From Clostridia bacterium (GTDB lineage Bacteria > Bacillota > Clostridia > CAKSNL01 > HGM11501), in the NCBI GenBank assembly GCA_045545475.1, contig JAZQAZ010000048.1, positions 1 to 54,611 of the forward strand: a stretch of 54,611 bases of DNA, written 5' to 3'. Positions 47,863-54,611 of the stretch are shown here, piece after piece (within the stretch, counting starts at the first letter, position 1; every line of letters begins with the position of its first letter). Position numbers and translations under genes: made by a program. The notes beneath the pieces are model-generated. The model was not told where the DNA came from and made no database searches. It saw only the letters and a program-made list of their open reading frames with translations.

Positions 47863-48699
47863 TCATAATTTTGCAGCTTTCAAAGGATTTTTCATAAGCA
47901 TTGCAATTGTCATGGGACCGACACCGCCGGGAACGGGGGTGATTGCACCTGCGATGGGAGCGACATTATCAAAATCCACGTCTCCGCAAAGCTTTCCGTC
48001 TTCTGTTCTGTTAATTCCTACGTCGATTACAACGGCACCGGGCTTTACCATATCGGCCGTTACGAATTTAGGCTTTCCGATTGCGGCAACTAAAATATCT
48101 GCACGGCGGGTAACTTCTTTTAAGTTTTTAGTTCTTGAATGGCAGATTGTGACGGTTCCGTTGGCGTGGAGAAGCAGCATTGCCTGAGGCTTTCCTACGA
48201 TATTGCTTCTTCCTATAACGACGCATTCCTTGCCGGAAATTTCAATTCCGGATTCCTTGATAAGCTCCATAACGCCTGCGGGAGTACAGGGGAGAAAATC
48301 GTAATCGCCAATCATGATTTTACCTACATTTGCAGGGGTGAAAGCATCAACATCCTTTTTTTCGGAGATGGAGTTTATAATCTTTTTTTCGTCTATATGG
48401 GAGGGCAGGGGAAGTTGAACAAGTATTCCGTGGATATGCTTTGAATTATTAAGAACATCTATTAAATCAAGAAGTTCCTTTTCGGTTACATTTTCGGGGA
48501 AGGTATATTCTTCCGAATGAAAGTTGCACGCTTCGCATGCCTTTTTTTTGTTATTTACATAAACACGGCTTGCGGGATCATTTCCTGCGAGTATTACTGC
48601 GAGACCCGGTTTTATCCCTTTTTCCGCCAGAAGAAGAGCTTCTTTTGCCACTTCCTCCTTTATCCTTGCCGATACTTTTTTTCCGTCCAGTAACATCAT
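47863..48699 (-). CDS. folD: Methylenetetrahydrofolate dehydrogenase/cyclohydrolase
   Basis: [44 protein letters not shown]. Confidence 0.97.
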   Translation of the reverse strand: MMLLDGKKVSARIKEEVAKEALLLAEKGIKPGLAVILAGNDPASRVYVNNKKKACEACNFHSEEYTFPENVTEKELLDLIDVLNNSKHIHGILVQLPLPSHIDEKKIINSISEKKDVDAFTPANVGKIMIGDYDFLPCTPAGVMELIKESGIEISGKECVVIGRSNIVGKPQAMLLLHANGTVTICHSRTKNLKEVTRRADILVAAIGKPKFVTADMVKPGAVVIDVGINRTEDGKLCGDVDFDNVAPIAGAITPVPGGVGPMTIAMLMKNPLKAAKL

Positions 48700-50497
48700 T
48701 TTTGATAAACCTTCTTTCAGTTTTGTTTCTTATCAGACATTCGCTTCCGTTTCCGATTAAATCCTCTCGGCCGGCTTTTATCAGAGCTTTTCTCACAAGC
48801 TCATAATTTTCAGGTCTGGTATACTGCAAAAGTGCCCTTTGCATGGCTTTTTCCTCATAGGTTTTTGCAACGTACACCTCTTTCATCGTTCTTGGGTCAA
48901 GTCCCGTGTAGAACATTGCTGTGGAAAGCGTTCCCGGAGTGGGATAAAAATCCTGCACCTGCTGAGGGCGCATATTTTTGGATTTTAAATAGCAGGCAAG
49001 GTCGATTGCGTCTTTCAAAGTGCTTCCGGGATGGCTTGACATAAGGTAGCAGACAAGATATTGCTCTTTGCCCAGCTTTTTTGAAATATCGTAATATTTA
49101 TCTGTGAATTTTTCGAAAACCTTGCGGCCTGGTTTTCCCATGTATTTAAGGACATTATCAGAAATATGCTCGGGGGCAACCTTAAGCTGTCCGGAAACGT
49201 GGTGTGAACAAAGCTCATGGAAAAATTCATCGCTCTTGTCGTGAAGCATATAATCGTAGCGGATTCCGCTTCGGATAAACACCTTTTTTATTCCGGGAAG
49301 AGTGCGGAGCTTTCTGAGAAGCCCTAAATACTCACTTTCATCGGCGTTGATATTTTTGCAGGGAGAGGGAAACAAACACTCTCTTGCCTTGCAAGTGCCC
49401 TCTTTAAGCTGTTTTTCGCAGGCCGGATAGCGGAAGTTTGCCGTGGGGCCTCCCACATCGTGGATATACCCCTTGAAGTCGGGGTCAAAAGTCATTTTTT
49501 TCGCTTCTGTCAATATGGAGGCTTCGCTTCGGGACTGAACAATTCTGCCCTGATGCATGGTGAGTGCACAGAAGGAGCATGAACCGAAACAGCCACGGGA
49601 CGAGGTAATACTGAATTTTACTTCTTCAAGTCCGGGAATACCGCCAAGAGCTTTATATGATGGGTGATATTCTCTTGTGAAAGGAAGGGAATAGGTTTTA
49701 TCAAGCTCACGTCTTGAAAGGGGCATTGCGGGAATGTTTTGTATAAGGTATTTATCGCCGTGTTTCTGGCATAGAGCGTGACCTCGGATAGGGTCCTGTT
49801 CCTCATATTCAATCATTGCCGCTTCGGCATAGGCTCTTTTATCGGAGGAAACTTCTTCAAAGGAAGGAAGCATTATTGCATCTTTCCTTGGCTTGTCGGA
49901 GACTATACATGTTCCCGGTATATTATCCCTTATAAATCCTTTTTCAAGGCAAGCGGCAAGCTCTAAGGTCTGTTTTTCTCCCATGCCGTAGGAAATTACA
50001 TCAGCACGGCTGTCGAAAATGATACTGCGTCTGACCTTATCGGACCAGTAATCATAGTGAGCAAATCTACGGAGGCTTGCTTCAACACCGCCGATGACTA
50101 TGGGGATGTCTCCGAAGGCCTTTCTTATAAGATTACAGTAAACTATAACGCATCTGTCGGGACGGAGGCCTGCTACGCCACCGGGAGAATAACAATCGTC
50201 TGAACGCTTTTTCTTTCCTGCAGTGTAGTGGTTGACCATGGAGTCGATAACGCCGCCGGACACCATGACACCATAACGGGGGCGTCCAAACTTCAGGAAA
50301 TCTTTTTCGTCGGAAAAGCCGGGTTGAGCCAAAATACCCACCTTGTATCCGGCACTTTCCAATACTCTTGATATTATTGCATGACCAAAAGAAGGGTGAT
50401 CCACATAGGCATCACCCGTAACTATGAGGAAATCAAGGCAGTCCCAGCCTCGCATTTCCATATCTTCTTTTGAAATGGGAAGAAAATCGTAGCTCAT
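48578..50497 (-). CDS. YgiQ family radical SAM protein
   Basis: [21 protein letters not shown] (CxxxCxxC), QVQDFYPTP. Confidence 0.93.
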   Translation of the reverse strand: MSYDFLPISKEDMEMRGWDCLDFLIVTGDAYVDHPSFGHAIISRVLESAGYKVGILAQPGFSDEKDFLKFGRPRYGVMVSGGVIDSMVNHYTAGKKKRSDDCYSPGGVAGLRPDRCVIVYCNLIRKAFGDIPIVIGGVEASLRRFAHYDYWSDKVRRSIIFDSRADVISYGMGEKQTLELAACLEKGFIRDNIPGTCIVSDKPRKDAIMLPSFEEVSSDKRAYAEAAMIEYEEQDPIRGHALCQKHGDKYLIQNIPAMPLSRRELDKTYSLPFTREYHPSYKALGGIPGLEEVKFSITSSRGCFGSCSFCALTMHQGRIVQSRSEASILTEAKKMTFDPDFKGYIHDVGGPTANFRYPACEKQLKEGTCKARECLFPSPCKNINADESEYLGLLRKLRTLPGIKKVFIRSGIRYDYMLHDKSDEFFHELCSHHVSGQLKVAPEHISDNVLKYMGKPGRKVFEKFTDKYYDISKKLGKEQYLVCYLMSSHPGSTLKDAIDLACYLKSKNMRPQQVQDFYPTPGTLSTAMFYTGLDPRTMKEVYVAKTYEEKAMQRALLQYTRPENYELVRKALIKAGREDLIGNGSECLIRNKTERRFIKNDVTGRKKSIGKDKGGSGKRSSSSGGKRDKTGSRSNTRRK

Positions 50498-50507
50498 AAT
50501 CTGTCCT

Positions 50508-53171
50508 TTAAATATTTGTCGGAGGAAGGATTATATCACCTTCATCGTCCTCGTCATCATTAGGAATATATGAATTTCCGGCATGGTATTCCGATGTGCC
50601 GGGGATGATTACATCTCCATCTGTTTCGTCTTCTTGAGTTTCCTTGGCTCCGCTTAAGCCCGTGCCTTCAAGCATTGCAAGATATTCGGCTTTGGTAACA
50701 AGTACACGGCGGGGTTTGCTGCCTTCGGAAGGGCCTACTATTCCACGGGCCTCCATCTGGTCAACAAGTCTGCCTGCACGGGCATAGCCGACAGAAAGCT
50801 TTCGCTGAACCAATGATACAGAGGCCTGTCCTGAATCAATAACAATTTCAATAGCCTGAGGAAGAAGAGAATCAGCTTCTTTTGCTTCATCTTCTTCAGG
50901 GCCGTCGGAGGAGCCTTCGCCTGCCTTTTCAAGCTGCTCTAAAACATCTTCGTCGTAAACTGCCTCGGAATCTTTTTTTACAAATTCAACAAGTCTTTCA
51001 ACTTCTTCATCGGAAATGAAAGCACCCTGAACTCTGGTGGGCTTATTTGCACCCATGGGATAATAAAGCATATCGCCACGACCAAGAAGCTTTTCTGCAC
51101 CGTTGGTATCAAGTATTGTACGGGAGTCAATGTAGCTCGACACCGCAAAAGCTATTCTTGAGGGGATGTTGGCCTTGATTACACCTGTGATGACGTTTAC
51201 CGAAGGTCTCTGCGTTGCAATTACAAGATGCATGCCCGCAGCTCTTGCAAGCTGTGCGAGACGGCATATGTAGGTTTCAACATCTTTCGGAGCTACCATC
51301 ATAAGGTCGGCAAGCTCGTCTATTATTATAACTATCTGGGGAAGGCGGGGTCTGCCTTCCTTTTCCATGAGTGCGTTATAGCCTTTTAAGTCACGAACGC
51401 CTTCGTCTGCAAAGAATTTATAACGTGTTGTCATTTCCTGAACTGCCCAGTTAAGGCTTCCTGCTGCTTTTCTCGGGTCTGTAACAACGGGAATAAGAAG
51501 ATGGGGGATGCCGTTGTAAACGCTTAACTCAACAACCTTGGGGTCAATCATGATAAGCTTTACTTCGTTTGGTGATGCCTTATACAAAATGCTGGCAATA
51601 AGTGAGTTTATGCACACGCTCTTACCTGAGCCGGTGGCACCTGCGATTAATACATGGGGCATTTTTGCAATGTCGCCTACTATGCATTTACCTGCTATAT
51701 CACGGCCGAGAGCAATGGATAATTTGGATTTGCTTTCGGCAAATTCTTTGGATTCAAGAACATCACGGGCTGAAACTGTTGCAACGCTGTCGTTAGGGAT
51801 TTCGATTCCGATAGCGGCTTTTCCGGGTATGGGAGCTTCGATTCTTACCGCTGTTGCGGCAAGGCTCAATGCTATATCATCTGCAAGGCTTGTTATTTTG
51901 CTTACCCTCACACCGGCTGTGGGCTGAAGTTCGAAGCGTGTAATTGCGGGGCCTTTGCTTATTTCAAGCACTTTAACGTCGATGTTAAAACTCTTTAAGG
52001 TCTCCACAAGCTTTACTGAAAGTTCACGGAGAGCCTGAGGGTTAGTTCTGTCATCTCCGGGATCCACGTTATTAAGCAATGTTGTTTCCGGGAAAGTATA
52101 GGGGATTTCAACATTTTCGCGGTTGATTTCAACGGGTATTTCACCTTCAAGGCGTTTGGGTTTTACAATTACTTCGCTTTCAGGAAGATCTTCGCTCTCA
52201 ATGGTGTCGGGGGTTATGATGTCGGTATCAATAGGCGTTTCCTTCGGAGGAGTAAAGGGTTTTATAGGTTTCTCTCTTTTTTCTGTATAGATATTTATTT
52301 CAGCATAATCGGATTTTGTGGTAGTTTCTCCGGTTTTGGGAAGTTTTTCCACAGCATCGGGCAGACTTTCATAAGAAGAAGCAGTGTCTCCGGGAACAAT
52401 GTCTTCTGCAGCATCTGTGAAACGATTCTTCTTTTTCTTTTTCGAAACATCCTCGGTTACCGGGTGATTGGGAGCAGTTTCGGGAAGGGGTTCTTCGTCT
52501 GCTTTCCTTCTTCCGCTTTCCCTTGATTTTCTAACCAAAGAGGCAATTTTCTTAGTGATGACAAAGTCAGTCATGGCTATAAATGATATAAGCATGATGG
52601 CGATTATTATTATTGAAGCACCTGTCTGCTTGGCAAGGAATACTAAAGGGAATCCTATAAGCGAACCTATAGCACCTCCGCCGAAGTTTTTTGTTGCTTC
52701 CGTCCAGAACGAGACAAAATTAAAGTCAGGGAATCTTGGAGCGTACTGGTATACATAAAAAAGTGCTGAAAGGCAAAATGTGAATATAGCTCCGGAAATA
52801 TAAACCGAGCTACTTGATTTTTCGGAATTTCTGGTTTTTACAATATAGAGGCCTGCTGCAATGCATAAAACAGGGAGAATATAGGCAACAGGACCGAAAA
52901 GTCCCATAAAGAGCCATTTTACGATTACACCGAGATGACCTATGATTGAAGAGCCTGTTATTTTACCTACGGTCGAAGTAGCTTCATTTTCAAGCAGGCT
53001 TGTTCCGTATATGCCTAAAATAAGCAAAATTGAAGCAAAGAAAAGTGCTATAAAAGCAATTTCCTTTTTTGTACTTGCCGGCATAGAAGGTTTTTTTACT
53101 TTTTCTTCATGTGCGGTTGTTTTAGTATTTTTTGCGGGTTCTTTTTTTATTGTTCTTCTCTGCTGAGCCAA
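50508..53171 (-). CDS. ftsK: DNA translocase FtsK/SpoIIIE
   Basis: N-terminal TM domain, [30 protein letters not shown], gamma domain [19 protein letters not shown]. Confidence 0.96.
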   Translation of the reverse strand: MAQQRRTIKKEPAKNTKTTAHEEKVKKPSMPASTKKEIAFIALFFASILLILGIYGTSLLENEATSTVGKITGSSIIGHLGVIVKWLFMGLFGPVAYILPVLCIAAGLYIVKTRNSEKSSSSVYISGAIFTFCLSALFYVYQYAPRFPDFNFVSFWTEATKNFGGGAIGSLIGFPLVFLAKQTGASIIIIAIMLISFIAMTDFVITKKIASLVRKSRESGRRKADEEPLPETAPNHPVTEDVSKKKKKNRFTDAAEDIVPGDTASSYESLPDAVEKLPKTGETTTKSDYAEINIYTEKREKPIKPFTPPKETPIDTDIITPDTIESEDLPESEVIVKPKRLEGEIPVEINRENVEIPYTFPETTLLNNVDPGDDRTNPQALRELSVKLVETLKSFNIDVKVLEISKGPAITRFELQPTAGVRVSKITSLADDIALSLAATAVRIEAPIPGKAAIGIEIPNDSVATVSARDVLESKEFAESKSKLSIALGRDIAGKCIVGDIAKMPHVLIAGATGSGKSVCINSLIASILYKASPNEVKLIMIDPKVVELSVYNGIPHLLIPVVTDPRKAAGSLNWAVQEMTTRYKFFADEGVRDLKGYNALMEKEGRPRLPQIVIIIDELADLMMVAPKDVETYICRLAQLARAAGMHLVIATQRPSVNVITGVIKANIPSRIAFAVSSYIDSRTILDTNGAEKLLGRGDMLYYPMGANKPTRVQGAFISDEEVERLVEFVKKDSEAVYDEDVLEQLEKAGEGSSDGPEEDEAKEADSLLPQAIEIVIDSGQASVSLVQRKLSVGYARAGRLVDQMEARGIVGPSEGSKPRRVLVTKAEYLAMLEGTGLSGAKETQEDETDGDVIIPGTSEYHAGNSYIPNDDEDDEGDIILPPTNI

Positions 53172-53198
53172 GGCTATTACCTCCGTTAAGTTCTTATC

Positions 53199-54032
53199 TT
53201 ACAGTACTAAACATAGCTGCCAAATAATTACGGCAAGGCCGACGGTGAGGCAGTAATATGAAAAATATCTGAATTTGTTTCCCGTAAAAAGTTTAATCAT
53301 AAATCTTATTGAAAGATATCCCGATATTGCGGCAATTATCATGCCGAAAAGAGTGGGGCCGATTAATGGTGCATCTGCGGCACCTGTTAAAATATCTATG
53401 ATGTCAAAGAGTGCAGAACCTAAAATTACGGGAATAGACATTATGAAAGAAAATTTAACTGCAAAGGCTCTGTCAAATCCGGCGAGGAATGCACCGGTTA
53501 CGGTGCTTCCGCTTCTTGATATACCGGGAAGGATGGCAAATCCCTGGAAAAGACCGGGAAGGATTGAATCCTTAAGCTTTGCGTTTTCAAGAGTAATGGT
53601 TCCGCTTTTAAGTCTGCTGCTTATAATCATTTCTATCGCTGTTATTATAAGGGCAAAACCGACAAAGATAAGGGGAAGGGTTTCGATGGCATCACCGAGC
53701 AAAAATCCTACTAAAGCAGCGGGAACAGATGCGATGATGACTAAAATGACAAATTTCTGATTTGTATTTTTGTTAAGGTCAACCTGCCTTTTGAATATGT
53801 CACGAACAAGAGAGAAAAATCCTGTTATCAAATCCAAGATATCTTTGTAATATACTGCAAAAACAGCAATTAAAGTTGCCAGATGCAAAAGAATATCGTA
53901 TGTAAGACCCAAGTCGGCAAAGCTTTCTCCCAGTATTTCTTTGAAAATAGCAAGATGCCCCGAGCTTGAAACGGGAAGAAATTCGGTCAGACCCTGAACC
54001 AGACCTAAAATACCGTATTTTAAATAATTCAT
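53199..54032 (-). CDS. uppP: Undecaprenyl-diphosphate phosphatase
   Basis: QGLTEFLPVSSSGHL and PGISRSGST motifs. Confidence 0.95.
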   Translation of the reverse strand: MNYLKYGILGLVQGLTEFLPVSSSGHLAIFKEILGESFADLGLTYDILLHLATLIAVFAVYYKDILDLITGFFSLVRDIFKRQVDLNKNTNQKFVILVIIASVPAALVGFLLGDAIETLPLIFVGFALIITAIEMIISSRLKSGTITLENAKLKDSILPGLFQGFAILPGISRSGSTVTGAFLAGFDRAFAVKFSFIMSIPVILGSALFDIIDILTGAADAPLIGPTLFGMIIAAISGYLSIRFMIKLFTGNKFRYFSYYCLTVGLAVIIWQLCLVL

Positions 54033-54044
54033 AATATAATCTCC

Positions 54045-54266
54045 TTACAGCTTAAAATCTTCTTCGGAAAGAGTGGTTTTGAAAGAGCGGAGTTTTTTTG
54101 GCTTTATTGAAAGTAAATCTGTTTTGAAATGGCGGCAAGAATCATCAGTTTTTTTAAGTCCGTGCTTTCGGCATATTACAATGTATTCATCGGGAAGCTC
54201 TTTTGAGTATATGCAGTTAAGGCACATTTTATAGTCCGAAATATCATAGCCTTTGATTTTTTTCAT
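54045..54266 (-). CDS. Small Cys-rich hypothetical protein (possible metal-binding)
   Basis: GGAGGAG RBS; CLNC..C..H..C pattern; first gene of the uppP-ftsK-ygiQ-folD run. Confidence 0.75.
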   Translation of the reverse strand: MKKIKGYDISDYKMCLNCIYSKELPDEYIVICRKHGLKKTDDSCRHFKTDLLSIKPKKLRSFKTTLSEEDFKL

Positions 54267-54356
54267 TGAAAACTCCTCCCTTTTAATCTTAATATAATAT
54301 TATATCATTTAAAGTAAGAAAAATAAAGAGTTTTTTTAAAAAACTTCAATCCTGTC

Positions 54357-54385
54357 TTGACAAAAAGATGTTGCTGGGGTAAAAT
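54357..54385 (+). promoter_or_regulatory. Sigma-A promoter of tRNA-Arg
   Basis: TTGACA-17-TAAAAT. Confidence 0.75.
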
Positions 54386-54394
54386 ATCTAATAT

Positions 54395-54471
54395 GTCGTT
54401 ATAGCTCAGCAGGATAGAGCGACCGCCTCCTAAGCGGTAGGTCGGAGGTTCGAATCCTCTTAGCGACGCCA
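54395..54471 (+). tRNA. tRNA-Arg(CCT)
   Basis: Acceptor GTCGTTA/TAGCGAC, anticodon arm ACCGC-CTCCTAA-GCGGT, GGAGG-TTCGAAT-CCTCT, encoded CCA. Confidence 0.96.
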
Positions 54472-54611
54472 GAAAAAGCGACAGTAATCGACAGATTTCT
54501 GTCGCTTTTTCAACGAAATAAATCCTTGCGGATTTGTGAAATGTGCTTCGCACGTGAAATACACCTTCGGTGTATGAAATATTCGCTACGCGAATGTGGA
54601 TTTATTTCATT
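54472..54611 (+). repeat. Second tRNA-3'-anchored heptamer/hairpin element (truncated by window end)
   Basis: GAAAAAGC..GCTTTTT-CAACGAAATAAATCC, then GTGAAAT 54536, GTGAAAT 54554, ATGAAAT 54574 with hairpin spacers, then GGATTTATTTCATT. Confidence 0.88.

Overview
Chromosomal segment of a spore-forming Firmicute, most likely Clostridia (spoIIE, abrB-like, spoIIIE/ftsK, sigma-A promoters, Cu-amine-oxidase-N surface proteins). Most of it is housekeeping: rimP-nusA-ylxR-infB-rbfA-DHH-truB-ribF-rpsO-pnp-M16 peptidase, pgk-tpiA-gpmI, rny-ymdB, folD, ygiQ, ftsK, uppP, a two-gene SufC/SufBD pair and three tRNAs (Thr-TGT, Tyr-GTA, Arg-CCT). It also has scattered sugar-catabolic genes (GH13, GH106-like, GH110-like, two Gfo/Idh/MocA dehydrogenases, a TIM-barrel isomerase) and surface proteins. 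I recognise no transposase, integrase, reverse transcriptase or cas gene. The unexplained signal is non-coding. (1) An element starts exactly at the CCA end of two different tRNA genes. It is built of GTGAAAT/ATTTCAC heptamers separated by length-conserved but sequence-variable hairpins, mostly with GNA loops, and in the complete copy it precedes a four-helix-bundle (23S-IVP/Avd-like) gene. (2) A modular repeat family with a ~112-bp period has strongly covarying hairpins containing tandem G.A mismatches; it occurs at three loci and in both orientations relative to transcription. (3) There is a diverged 111-bp duplicate of the rny 3' end and terminator. (4) Smaller items include a probable ATT start codon, a long pnp leader hairpin, an orphan structured RNA candidate and a two-operator XRE switch. 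All alignments and folds were done by eye; no searches were run.
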